Shown here one piece after another: positions 37,298 to 46,309 of a DNA stretch of 64,000 nt. Positions within the stretch are counted from its first letter, which is position 1. Each line of letters opens with the position of its first letter. Location: positions 25,597-89,596 of the forward strand of contig JAJXYX010000024.1 of the NCBI GenBank assembly GCA_021780355.1, given 5' to 3'. Under the pieces are notes generated by a model. The model was not told the DNA's origin. It saw only the letters and a list, made by a program, of their open reading frames with translations, and searched no databases. The position numbers and the translations under genes are program-made. Source of the DNA: a bacterium. Its GTDB lineage: Bacteria > Chlamydiota > Chlamydiia > Chlamydiales > SM23-39.

Positions 37298-38209
37298 AGC
37301 TTCGACATCAATTAAATTACGCCCAGAAATTCTCTCTAATACTGCAGCAGGGGATTTCTCAGGGCAAAGCAAAGCTTTTTGGGGGATAAGAAACGTCTGC
37401 TCCAAAGCGTATTGGCCAGACAAAGCTGCATGAGAAACCTGATCTGTAAAGACTGCCCAGCAAGAGTTGGAAGGAAATTCCCAATGATCCTTCGGACAGT
37501 TTTTTTGAAACTCACTGTTTTCTTTTAAAAAGTGGTGCATCTTAAGCATAAAATGATCGTAGGGCGATCTAAGCGGTAATTTAAGCCCCAGCGAACGGAG
37601 CTTTTCCTTTCCCTTGCGCTGCAGCCGACTCATCCATGAATAGTTCATCCCCTTAGGAAAAGAAACTCCTCGAGAACCTCCAAATTGAGCCATAAGATCA
37701 GAAAACGGCTGCGCTGTGATCCATTTGCGGCTTTCTGTAGGATGAATATTCGTAAAAAAACGAAGAATGCGAGAGCCGTGTACAGGTCGAGTAGGAAATG
37801 CGTCCACATGAAGCAAATCATTGCGCGCACGCAAGCGAAGTTTTCTGCCTCGCTCTTGAAAAGGGCGAAAACTTGCATAATCTAGTTTCCACTCTTTAGC
37901 GTAAGGTGAGAGAATTTTTGTTAAATACTGCGCAACCCTTTCTGAATAACTGCGTAAAATAGTTTTAAGGCGCATGGACTTTTCTGCATCCATCGAATCA
38001 TGATTGGTCATTTGATCCAGCTGAGGTTTGTAGGCAATATTTTTTCTCGAGGTAGAACTCCCTTGCCTCTGGGCCAAAAGAAAATCGATTTCCTCTTGAG
38101 GGAAAGAAAAAGGGATGTGGGGACTAAACAAAATATTGCCCGCTTCCAACTCTAAGCAATATCTATAGCGATCGGTCTCTTCCGAATTGAGAATGATTTT
38201 TTTTGTCAT
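37283..38209 (-). CDS. kdoO: Kdo hydroxylase (KdoO, Fe(II)/2-oxoglutarate dioxygenase, DUF2843)-like protein
   Basis: LHVDAFPTRPVHGSRILRFFTNIHP carries the HxD of a facial triad, and DQVSHAALSGQYALEQTF carries a distal His. The ~300-aa size fits the family as I recall it. Confidence 0.55.
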   Translation of the reverse strand: MTKKIILNSEETDRYRYCLELEAGNILFSPHIPFSFPQEEIDFLLAQRQGSSTSRKNIAYKPQLDQMTNHDSMDAEKSMRLKTILRSYSERVAQYLTKILSPYAKEWKLDYASFRPFQERGRKLRLRARNDLLHVDAFPTRPVHGSRILRFFTNIHPTESRKWITAQPFSDLMAQFGGSRGVSFPKGMNYSWMSRLQRKGKEKLRSLGLKLPLRSPYDHFMLKMHHFLKENSEFQKNCPKDHWEFPSNSCWAVFTDQVSHAALSGQYALEQTFLIPQKALLCPEKSPAAVLERISGRNLIDVEASALG

Positions 38210-39006
38210 ACGCCTCTTAGGTTAAAAGAATGGTTCATATAATGCCGGATGATCCGAAACCGAAGGGATCCGTCATCTTGCAAAATTTTTTTCGCAGCCA
38301 ACTGCTCAATTTCCCTGTCAGTTAAACGAAGAAGAAGAGCTCTTACGATGCGCCCGTCTTGAATTTTTTTAAAAAGTGTTTGCGCCGCTTTTTTCAATAT
38401 CCAATGCCGCCTAATCAAACGGATAAAAGCGTACGCCAATAAAGCCGCTGCAGGGATAAAATGGCCCCAAAAAGCACCTAGTCCTAACGCGAGCAAGAAG
38501 AAAAACACCTCGCTCGGCCTTTTTACAATCGGCCCTAATTTGCGGCGCCACCCCATTTCGGAAGTGAAATAAGCAAAAAATTCTTCATAAATCGGCTCTT
38601 GAAAAGCGCATCGAGCTGCATGAACTGCCTCGTGGGCCAGTATCTCATCGCGGCCGTAAATTCTCAAATACCGCCCCTTAAAAAATCCTTTTCTCAATTG
38701 AATGGCGCATAAAGCCCCCCCATTTCCTTCCATGACCCAACTAGCGGCCCCCTGCCACGGAGCCAACTGGCGATTCGAATAATAAGCAGCTAGATGATCA
38801 GGCTGAAAATCGTAACATTCTCTCAAATAATGGCGCACCCAATCCCAATGAGGCTCAGGCACTCTTTCCATCGAATCAAAAGGAGCAAAAGGGCGAGACA
38901 CAAAATCTCGCGCAGCCTGAAGCCTTTGCAAAAAAGCCTCTTCCGACTCTCCTGGCCCCGGAATAAATCCTCTTTGGTTCAGTTCAAATAATTCTTGGTC
39001 CGTCAC
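38206..39006 (-). CDS. Hypothetical membrane-associated protein with an HExxH motif
   Basis: Motif ILAHEAVHAAR, followed by two hydrophobic helices (FFFLLALGLGAFWGHFIPAAALLAYAFI). Its stop overlaps the kdoO-like start (ATGA). Confidence 0.5.
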   Translation of the reverse strand: MTDQELFELNQRGFIPGPGESEEAFLQRLQAARDFVSRPFAPFDSMERVPEPHWDWVRHYLRECYDFQPDHLAAYYSNRQLAPWQGAASWVMEGNGGALCAIQLRKGFFKGRYLRIYGRDEILAHEAVHAARCAFQEPIYEEFFAYFTSEMGWRRKLGPIVKRPSEVFFFLLALGLGAFWGHFIPAAALLAYAFIRLIRRHWILKKAAQTLFKKIQDGRIVRALLLRLTDREIEQLAAKKILQDDGSLRFRIIRHYMNHSFNLRGV

Positions 39007-39048
39007 AAAATTCCATACAGCTTTCTTGCTCTTTTCGCGCCCTCAACC

Positions 39049-39100
39049 AAGGGCTCCGCCCTTAGACCTGCCAAAGGGCTGACGCCCTCTGGACTCCCTT
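39049..39100. repeat. Family-A repeat, copy A7, left arm of the second composite palindrome
   Basis: aagggctccgcccttagacctgccaaagggctgacgccctctggactccc. Confidence 0.8.
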
Positions 39101-39124
39101 TGCTTTTCTATAAAAAAATAAAAA

Positions 39125-39174
39125 GGGGTTCCAAGGGGACGCGTTCCCTTGGCGGGTCTAAGGGCGGAGCCCTT
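39125..39174. repeat. Family-A repeat, copy A8 (reverse orientation), right arm
   Basis: ggggttccaaggggacgcgttcccttggcgggtctaagggcggagccctt. It is separated from A7 by the spacer ..tctataaaaaaataaaaa... Confidence 0.85.
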
Positions 39175-39267
39175 AAGTTGACAGCATTACTTGCTCTTTT
39201 GGCTAAAAAATTTGCACTTTGAAACAAAATCCGTTACCATTTGGCAAGTTTAAGGAATTATCCATTT

Positions 39268-41823
39268 ATGGGCAAAGCTCTAGTTATTGTTGAATCTCCT
39301 GCAAAAATCAAGACGTTAAAGAAATGCCTTGGCCCCCATTATTTTTTTGAATCTTCTGTAGGCCACATCCGCGATCTGCCTCAAAAAGAGTTTGGGATTG
39401 ATATCGACCACGATTTTGAGCCGACTTACGTGACGATGCCCGATAAGAAAGAAGTCATTCAAAAGCTGCAAGCAGCGGCCAAAAAAGCAGAGATCGTCTA
39501 CCTCTCCTCCGATCCCGACCGAGAAGGGGAAGCCATTGCCTGGCACATTGCCTCCATCCTTCCTAAAGGAACCAAAATCAAACGGGCGGCTTTTCAGTCT
39601 CTTACCAAAGACGTCGTGCAGAAAGCTCTCGACAACCCACGCGACATCGACATGGACCTCGTCGACGCGCAGCAAGCAAGAAGACTCTTGGATCGGATCG
39701 TCGGCTATAAAATCTCACCTATTTTAACGAGAAGAGTCAAGAGAGGGCGAAACGGAACTTCTGCCGGAAGGGTGCAATCGGTAGCGCTCAAATTAGTCGT
39801 CGACCGAGAAAAAGAGATCGATGCTTTTATCCCTGTAGAATATTGGAATATCACCGCTTTGCTGATGCCGCAAACTACAGACAAATCCTTTATGGCCAAT
39901 TTGCATACAGTTAATGGCCTCAAGGTGGAAAAAGAGAAGACGGGCAGCAAAGAGTGCTTTTTAATCGCCAACGAAGAAACCGCAAAAGAAGTGGCAGGAA
40001 AATTAAAAAAGGCCCGCTACAAAGTCGGCAGCGTTGAGAAAAAAGAGAAAAAACGAAATCCCGTCCCTCCCTTTATCACATCCACGCTTCAACAAGAAGC
40101 TTCCCGCCACTACGGCTTTTCCGTTGCCCGCACAATGAATATCGCGCAAGGGCTCTACGAGGGGATCGACATGGGGGAGGAGGGTTCGGAAGGTTTAATC
40201 ACCTACATGAGAACCGACTCGGTCAATATTGCGCCAGAAGCCATTTCAGCGGCTCGAGGCTATATCCAAACACATTTTGGGCCCGAATACCTTCCTGATC
40301 AACCTAAAGTCTACGCTTCAAAAAAAACAGCTCAAGAAGCCCACGAAGCGATCCGACCGACCAATGTAGCGAGACACCCCGAAAAAATCCGCCAGTACCT
40401 TACGCCGGAACAATTTAAAATCTATCTCCTCATTTGGCGCAGATTTATAGCGTCTCAAATGAATCCCGCTATTTACGACACAGTCTCTGCAGACATTGAA
40501 ACAGATCAAAATATGACTCTTCGAGCGAGTGGGTCTGTCATTAAATTCAATGGGTATCTCGCTGCCTACGAAGAAAAAAAGGACAAAGGAAGTCAAGAAG
40601 AGGAAGAAGAGCAAGGGAAAATTCTGCCGCCATTAGAAGAAGGGATGCCTTTAGCGCTACGCGATCTCACCTCAACGCAATCATTTACCAAAGCGCCGCC
40701 TCGATTTACTGAAGCCTCTCTTGTCAAAGAGCTCGAAAGACTCGGCATTGGCCGTCCTTCGACCTATGCGGCCATTATGAATAAGATCCAAAGCCGCGAT
40801 TACACCACGAAAGAACAACAAGCGCTCAAGCCGACAGAGCTCGGCAAAGTCATCTGTCATATGCTGGAAGAGAATTTCGCTCCCATCATGGACGTGACAT
40901 TTACCGCGCAGATGGAAGATCAGCTAGAGCAAGTCGCGGAGCACAATAAAAACTGGAAAGAGCTCATTCGGAATTTTTGGAGCGATTTTTCGCCTCTCGT
41001 GGAAAAAGCAGAAAAAGAAGCTGTCGTTCCCAAAGTTCTCACAGAACTCAATTGCCCCAAGTGCGGCCAAAAATTGCAAAAAATCTGGGCGCGAAACAAA
41101 TATTTTTATGGTTGCAGCAACTACCCAGATTGCGATTTTACAGCGCCTATTGAAGCGCTGGATTTCAACAAAGACGATTATGACCCCACCTTCGATTGGG
41201 AGCAGCCCTGCCCTGTTTGCAGATCAGCTACCACCCTTCGCCATGGACGCTTCGGCCCCTTTTTAGGCTGCAGCCACTATCCAGAATGCAAAGGGATCAT
41301 CAATATTCCCAAAAAGGGAGAAACGGTCTACAAGGCAGAAGAAATGCCCTCATGCCCAGCCCAAGGATGCGATGGGAAAATCACCGCTCGCAAATCCCGA
41401 TTCGGCAAAACGTTTTTTTCTTGTTCAAACTACCCTGATTGCGATGTGATCGGCAATTCACTCGAAGAGCTGCCGCAAAAATATGCTGACCACCCCAAAA
41501 CGCCTTATGTTAAAAAAAACCGCAAAAAAGGAAAGGCCGCAGCAAAAGGAAAAGGCAAAACAAAAAAGACAACCAAAACATCCACCCAGTCAGCCTATAA
41601 ACTTTCTAAAGAGCTAGCCGATGTCTTAGGCATCGAAGAAGCCTCTCGTCCCGAAGCGACCAAAAAACTGTGGGAATACATCAAAGGGCATAATCTGCAA
41701 GACCCCAAAAACAAACGCCTGATCGTCCCAGACGCTAAATTGGCGAAAGTATTAGGGACAAAGCAGCCCGTCGACATGATGAAACTAGCTGGGTTGCTAT
41801 CGAAGCATTTTCTTTCCTCTTAA
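39268..41823 (+). CDS. topA: DNA topoisomerase I fused to a C-terminal Lys-rich linker and SWIB domain
   Basis: Toprim motif VESPAKIKT and active-site region GLITYMRTDS. Four Cys4-type fingers are present (CPKCG.., CPVCRS.., CPAQGCDG..). The linker is KKNRKKGKAAAKGKGKTKKTTK and the SWIB core is RPEATKKLWEYIKGHNLQDPKNKRLIVPDAKL..VDMMKLAGLLSKH. Confidence 0.93.
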   Translation: MGKALVIVESPAKIKTLKKCLGPHYFFESSVGHIRDLPQKEFGIDIDHDFEPTYVTMPDKKEVIQKLQAAAKKAEIVYLSSDPDREGEAIAWHIASILPKGTKIKRAAFQSLTKDVVQKALDNPRDIDMDLVDAQQARRLLDRIVGYKISPILTRRVKRGRNGTSAGRVQSVALKLVVDREKEIDAFIPVEYWNITALLMPQTTDKSFMANLHTVNGLKVEKEKTGSKECFLIANEETAKEVAGKLKKARYKVGSVEKKEKKRNPVPPFITSTLQQEASRHYGFSVARTMNIAQGLYEGIDMGEEGSEGLITYMRTDSVNIAPEAISAARGYIQTHFGPEYLPDQPKVYASKKTAQEAHEAIRPTNVARHPEKIRQYLTPEQFKIYLLIWRRFIASQMNPAIYDTVSADIETDQNMTLRASGSVIKFNGYLAAYEEKKDKGSQEEEEEQGKILPPLEEGMPLALRDLTSTQSFTKAPPRFTEASLVKELERLGIGRPSTYAAIMNKIQSRDYTTKEQQALKPTELGKVICHMLEENFAPIMDVTFTAQMEDQLEQVAEHNKNWKELIRNFWSDFSPLVEKAEKEAVVPKVLTELNCPKCGQKLQKIWARNKYFYGCSNYPDCDFTAPIEALDFNKDDYDPTFDWEQPCPVCRSATTLRHGRFGPFLGCSHYPECKGIINIPKKGETVYKAEEMPSCPAQGCDGKITARKSRFGKTFFSCSNYPDCDVIGNSLEELPQKYADHPKTPYVKKNRKKGKAAAKGKGKTKKTTKTSTQSAYKLSKELADVLGIEEASRPEATKKLWEYIKGHNLQDPKNKRLIVPDAKLAKVLGTKQPVDMMKLAGLLSKHFLSS

Positions 41824-43070
41824 TCGACATAAAAATCTTTTTTGAAAAAAACAAAAAAGGGGTTCCAAGGGGACGCCTCCCCTTGGCGGGTTGTAAGGGC
41901 GGAGCTCTTATGAGGTAGAAAACAAATAAAAAAAACAACCCAAGTCAAATGATGATGTAAGTTGTGATTGCTTGCAGCAAACCAAAGAACGTGGGCTAGA
42001 CCTATTTTTCTCATCGTATCGAACAGAAGATCTTTTGAAGCTGGTGGAAAAAAAATGCGATAAAAGCCAAGAGAGCAGATCAAAATAATGCTTCCTAAAA
42101 CGCCCAACTCAAAAAAAAGGGACAAATAGACATTATGAAGCTGAGAAAGCGCGCTAAACCCAAGACCGAAAACTCGATGTTCTTGAAATAAATGAAACGC
42201 ATCCAACCAAACAAAATATCTCTCTCCCCAAGATCCCTCATCGATTCTTTGCACAAAATGACTCAAAGCAAGAGAGAGGCCATATCTTTGTAAACAAAGA
42301 AAAAACAAAACAATCCCTCCCAAAAAAATGTACTTGATTCTGTGAGAAAACCGAAAAAACAGATAAAAAAAAGAAGCTGCAAACGAGATATAAGCCGCTC
42401 TTGTCGTTGTTAAACACAATGCAAAAAGAGTGAGCGGCGTCCATAAGCAAAGTTGTAAACGGCTAAGCCCCCATGGGTGCAACGGTTCGCGGGAAAAGAC
42501 CAGCAACATCAAAATCGAAAGAACAAAGCTACAAACAATGCCAAATTCATTGGGGTAAGAACCGGGAGAAAAGCGAAGAAAACCATAGCCAAATTGAGTG
42601 AGGATAGAAAATCTCTCAATCAGGGCAAGAGGCATTGCACCGAGATAGTACCCGATGAAGAAGACATAGCCAATCAATAGGACCACAAAAAATGATCGAA
42701 AATAGAAAGAAAATAAGTTTTTTACTTCCTCTGCGCTGACGATGTACGACGCCGCTCCTAAGGCAAAGTAAAAATGGCAAAACAAAAGACCAAATCTAAA
42801 AAATTGATCTTCTTCATTTTGAAAACCAAAAACTTCCACAAAGGCAACAGAAGCAAATGAATAAATAAAAAAAGGGAGAAAACAAAGGCCAATATCAAAA
42901 GTCGTTTTATTTGCTCTCGCAAAAAAAAGAGGGAAAAGGGGCAATAGAAAATAGTAGGTTCTAAATGGTTTCGGGAAAATGTGGGGCGTCAGCAAGGTCC
43001 CAAGGGGGCCCAAAACAATAAAGCATCGGATAAGCCAACTCCTCCAAAGAGCTATATCACCTAAGATCAT
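41820..43070 (-). CDS. O-antigen ligase / Wzy_C-family polytopic membrane protein
   Basis: At least 10 hydrophobic segments. Wzy_C-like blocks are LTTTRAAYISF and VFGLGFSALSQLHNVYLSLFFELGVLG. Confidence 0.7.
   Translation of the reverse strand: MILGDIALWRSWLIRCFIVLGPLGTLLTPHIFPKPFRTYYFLLPLFPLFFARANKTTFDIGLCFLPFFIYSFASVAFVEVFGFQNEEDQFFRFGLLFCHFYFALGAASYIVSAEEVKNLFSFYFRSFFVVLLIGYVFFIGYYLGAMPLALIERFSILTQFGYGFLRFSPGSYPNEFGIVCSFVLSILMLLVFSREPLHPWGLSRLQLCLWTPLTLFALCLTTTRAAYISFAASFFYLFFRFSHRIKYIFLGGIVLFFLCLQRYGLSLALSHFVQRIDEGSWGERYFVWLDAFHLFQEHRVFGLGFSALSQLHNVYLSLFFELGVLGSIILICSLGFYRIFFPPASKDLLFDTMRKIGLAHVLWFAASNHNLHHHLTWVVFFICFLPHKSSALTTRQGEASPWNPFFVFFKKDFYVD
41859..41909. repeat. Family-A repeat, copy A9 (reverse orientation), embedded in the 3' end of the 41820-43070 ORF
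   Basis: ggggttccaaggggacgcctccccttggcgggttgtaagggcggagctctt. On the minus strand it is translated as ..SSALTTRQGEASPWNPF... Confidence 0.85.
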
Positions 43071-44082
43071 GCGCTCTCAGCTGCTCCATCAATGTTTTTA
43101 TTTTAAAAACCCCTTGTCTTTTGGCAATGAATAAAACATCTTCCGTATCCACAATGACAAGATCTTCCAAGTCGATCGCTGCCACTTTTTTTCGGCCTGT
43201 CTTAATCAAACACCTACTTGTATTACATGCAGCCACATCGCCTAAAAAGGCATTTTGATCTTGGTCTTTCTCTGCCAGTTGATATACGGCTTCCCAGCTT
43301 CCCAAATCAGACCACTGCAGAGCTAAAGGACAAAGAACAATTTCATCAGTTTTTTCAATGACGCCATAATCAATCGAGATGTTTGGCAAAAAATAAAAAT
43401 ATTCCAAGCAATCAGACCAATCCCAGCTCTTCATCTGAAATAACGCAGGCAAGTAAAGAGAAAAAGCTTTCCACATGGTCGAAGAAGAAAAAGAGAACAG
43501 ACCTAAATTCCAATAATAGGCGGGATCTACAGAAAATGCCTCCGCCCGTTCAAGACTTGGTTTTTCAACAAACTGGTCTACAAAGTAGCAGTCCTCATCA
43601 AAAGGACGCCCCTTTTTCATATACCCAAACCCCGTCTCAGCGCGCATAGGCTGAACGCCGAATGTTACAATTTTCCCTTGGGAGACGGCGGGCAGGATCT
43701 GATCTAGATGCTGCAAAAAAACATCTTCTGGCGAAAGCCAATGATCCGAAGGGACAATAAGTAAAGGATCCTCAGGCCCAATTCGGCCAGTTTCTTCTAA
43801 AAACCGAAGAGCGAGGGCAATAGCCGGCGCCGTGCTTTTTCTAGCAGGTTCGACTAGAATCGGAATATGGCCAGCGCCGATTTGATGCAACTGTTTTTGA
43901 ACGATCGTTTCATAAGATATTTGCGTGACAATCAACATAGGATAGGCTTTTAAAAAACGCAAAACAGTCTTTTGCAGCAAAGAATGAGAACCAAAAAAGG
44001 TCAAAAATTGCTTAGGAAAACTTTCTCTAGACAAAGGCCAAAGCCGCGTTCCGCTGCCTCCCGCTAATAGGACAATGTACAT
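43057..44082 (-). CDS. manC: Mannose-1-phosphate guanylyltransferase (nucleotidyltransferase domain only)
   Basis: Motifs LAGGSGTRLWPLSRESFPKQFL and GYMKKG. At 341 aa it has no C-terminal isomerase/cupin domain. Confidence 0.8.
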   Translation of the reverse strand: MYIVLLAGGSGTRLWPLSRESFPKQFLTFFGSHSLLQKTVLRFLKAYPMLIVTQISYETIVQKQLHQIGAGHIPILVEPARKSTAPAIALALRFLEETGRIGPEDPLLIVPSDHWLSPEDVFLQHLDQILPAVSQGKIVTFGVQPMRAETGFGYMKKGRPFDEDCYFVDQFVEKPSLERAEAFSVDPAYYWNLGLFSFSSSTMWKAFSLYLPALFQMKSWDWSDCLEYFYFLPNISIDYGVIEKTDEIVLCPLALQWSDLGSWEAVYQLAEKDQDQNAFLGDVAACNTSRCLIKTGRKKVAAIDLEDLVIVDTEDVLFIAKRQGVFKIKTLMEQLRAHDLR

Positions 44083-45182
44083 GAGCGCCTCTTTTGAAAA
44101 GCAGCGTAGCGGCTCTCAACAAATTGCTGAAATTCTGTTTGAAATCGCTCCTTGCTAAAGGTTTCTGCGTGGCGACGGACAGATTCGGGATCGAATTCTT
44201 GCTTTTCAAATCGAAAAATGGCGTCTTTGATCGAATGGACCGATTGTTCCTCAAAAAACACACCTGAAATATGAGGTTTAAGCGTTTCCCGAAGGCCGCC
44301 TCGATTCAATCCGATGACAGGCGTAGCGCAAGCCATCGCTTCAAGAGGAGCTATTCCAAAATCTTCCACAGCTGCAAAGACAAATCCCTTTGCCTGCTGA
44401 AGCGCCAAGCGAAGCTCTTCTTTTGTTTGATGAGCTAAAAATTCTATATTTTTTTTCGCCCGTTTTCGAATGTAGTTCTCCTCTGGTCCAAACCCAATCA
44501 CCAGCAAACGCTTATCCGGCATCAAGTTAAAAGCCTCTACAATAAGATCAACCCGTTTATAGGGCACCAACCGAGAAGCCGTTACATAATAATCGGACTT
44601 ATTTTTTCCCGGCTGAAAAAATGACGTATCAACAGGAGGATAGATCACATGAGCATCTCTTCGGTAAATTTTTTTGATCCGCTTTGCAACATAGTGAGAA
44701 TTAGCCATAAACTCATCGACCCGATTGGAAGATTGGACATCCCACGTGCGAAACGAATGTAAAAAAAACTGCGCCACATCTTTCCCATACCCCTCTTTTC
44801 GAAAATAGTCGTGAGTAAAATCCCAAGCATAACGAGCTGGAGTATGGCAATAACAAAGATGGAGCTGATCTGCATGGGAAAGTACGCCTTTGGCCGCACA
44901 ATGAGAAGAAGAGAGGATGAGATCATAAGAGCTCAAATCAAATCGCTCCACAGCGTAAGGAAAAAGGGGGAGATAAGCTCGATATTTTTTTTTAGCCCAG
45001 GGAAGCTTTTGAATAAAAGAGCTGATCATCTCTTTCCCCTCGAAATAACTCCCTTTGAGTTTCTTTTGGCTTTGAAGTAAGGTATAAATAGGCGAAGGAT
45101 AGATTTCATGAATGGCTTGCAAACAATTTTCGCTTCCTCCGATCGGAGAAACCAGCCAATCATGAACAAGAGCGCTTCTCAT
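44064..45182 (-). CDS. Glycosyltransferase family 4 (GT-B fold)
   Basis: EX7E-type region EDFGIAPLEAMACATPVIGLNRGGLRETL. Confidence 0.8.
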   Translation of the reverse strand: MRSALVHDWLVSPIGGSENCLQAIHEIYPSPIYTLLQSQKKLKGSYFEGKEMISSFIQKLPWAKKKYRAYLPLFPYAVERFDLSSYDLILSSSHCAAKGVLSHADQLHLCYCHTPARYAWDFTHDYFRKEGYGKDVAQFFLHSFRTWDVQSSNRVDEFMANSHYVAKRIKKIYRRDAHVIYPPVDTSFFQPGKNKSDYYVTASRLVPYKRVDLIVEAFNLMPDKRLLVIGFGPEENYIRKRAKKNIEFLAHQTKEELRLALQQAKGFVFAAVEDFGIAPLEAMACATPVIGLNRGGLRETLKPHISGVFFEEQSVHSIKDAIFRFEKQEFDPESVRRHAETFSKERFQTEFQQFVESRYAAFQKRRSCTLSY

Positions 45183-45208
45183 AACACCTTAAATAAAAAT
45201 AAGTATAC

Positions 45209-46252
45209 ATGCGCCTTTGTATTGACGCGAGGATGATCCGCTCTTCAGGCATTGGAACCACCCTTCAACATCTCATCCCTTTGCTTGCCCAAACCTCTCA
45301 TGAAATCATTCTATTAGGAGAAAAGCAAGGCGAGCTTCCCATGTCAAGCCGCTTTACATCTCCCATTTACTCACTAAGCGAGCAAATCCAATTCCCTTGG
45401 AAAATCCCCTCTTGCGATGTTTTTTGGTCGCCTCATTACAATGCGCCGCTGCTTCCTATTCGAGCCAAAAAACGGATCGTAACGATTCATGACGTATGCC
45501 ATCTCACCTACCCGCTTTCTCGTTTCAAACGATTGGTCTCCCATTTTCTCTTACAAAAAGCCTGCCAAACATCCGATCAAATCGTTACGGTGTCCGCTTT
45601 TTCAAAATCTGAAATCCTGGCTCATTTAAACGTCTTACAAGAGAAAATCCACGTCATTTATCCAGGGGTAGACCGACAGCAATTTTCATCTCAAAAAAAA
45701 GAGCAAACGCCCCCGTTTTTTCTCTTCGTAGGCAATATCAAAACACATAAAAATCTTTCAGTATTGCTCAAGGCATTTGAGCTGCTCCAACCAACAAATC
45801 TTCATCTCATCATTGTCGGGAAAAAAGAGGGGCTCCTCTCTTCTGATCAGACGCTCGATGAACATCTACGACAAAGCCCCCTAAAAAACCAAATTAAGCT
45901 GCTCGGAGAAATTTCCTCTTCTGAATTGCAAACGCTCTACGCTTCAGCAAGCGCCCTCATCTTCCCTTCTCTTTACGAAGGGTTTGGCCTTCCGCCTCTA
46001 GAAGCCATGGCGTCTGGATGTCCCGTCATTGCCTCGAACGCCGCAAGCATTCCCGAAGTATGCCAAGATGCGGCCCTTTATTTTTCACCCCGCTCTCCTC
46101 AAGAACTTGCAGAGCAAATGAGACGCATCCTTTCCGAAGCGTCCCTCCGTCAGCAGCTCATCCAAAAAGGGCTTGCCCTAAGCGCCTTTTTTTCTTGGGA
46201 AAAAACTGCAAAAAAATACTGTGCTCTATTTTTTGACTCTGATCCGAACTAA
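45209..46252 (+). CDS. Glycosyltransferase family 4 (GT-B fold)
   Basis: Motif LYEGFGLPPLEAMASGCPVIASNAASIPEV. Confidence 0.8.
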   Translation: MRLCIDARMIRSSGIGTTLQHLIPLLAQTSHEIILLGEKQGELPMSSRFTSPIYSLSEQIQFPWKIPSCDVFWSPHYNAPLLPIRAKKRIVTIHDVCHLTYPLSRFKRLVSHFLLQKACQTSDQIVTVSAFSKSEILAHLNVLQEKIHVIYPGVDRQQFSSQKKEQTPPFFLFVGNIKTHKNLSVLLKAFELLQPTNLHLIIVGKKEGLLSSDQTLDEHLRQSPLKNQIKLLGEISSSELQTLYASASALIFPSLYEGFGLPPLEAMASGCPVIASNAASIPEVCQDAALYFSPRSPQELAEQMRRILSEASLRQQLIQKGLALSAFFSWEKTAKKYCALFFDSDPN

Positions 46253-46309
46253 AAATTTGCTATATTCTTAAAAATTTTCAAGGACCACTAAATACCCAAG
46301 GATTTTTTT

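Noticed and set aside
38995-39222. A 75-aa ORF (..KGSALRPAKGLTPSGLP..GGSKGGALK..) between the HExxH gene and topA.
   Set aside because: It is composed almost entirely of the two inverted Family-A repeat copies, and its amino-acid sequence is repeat-derived. The same applies to the ORFs at 24479-24781, 24504-24767 and 24582-24875.
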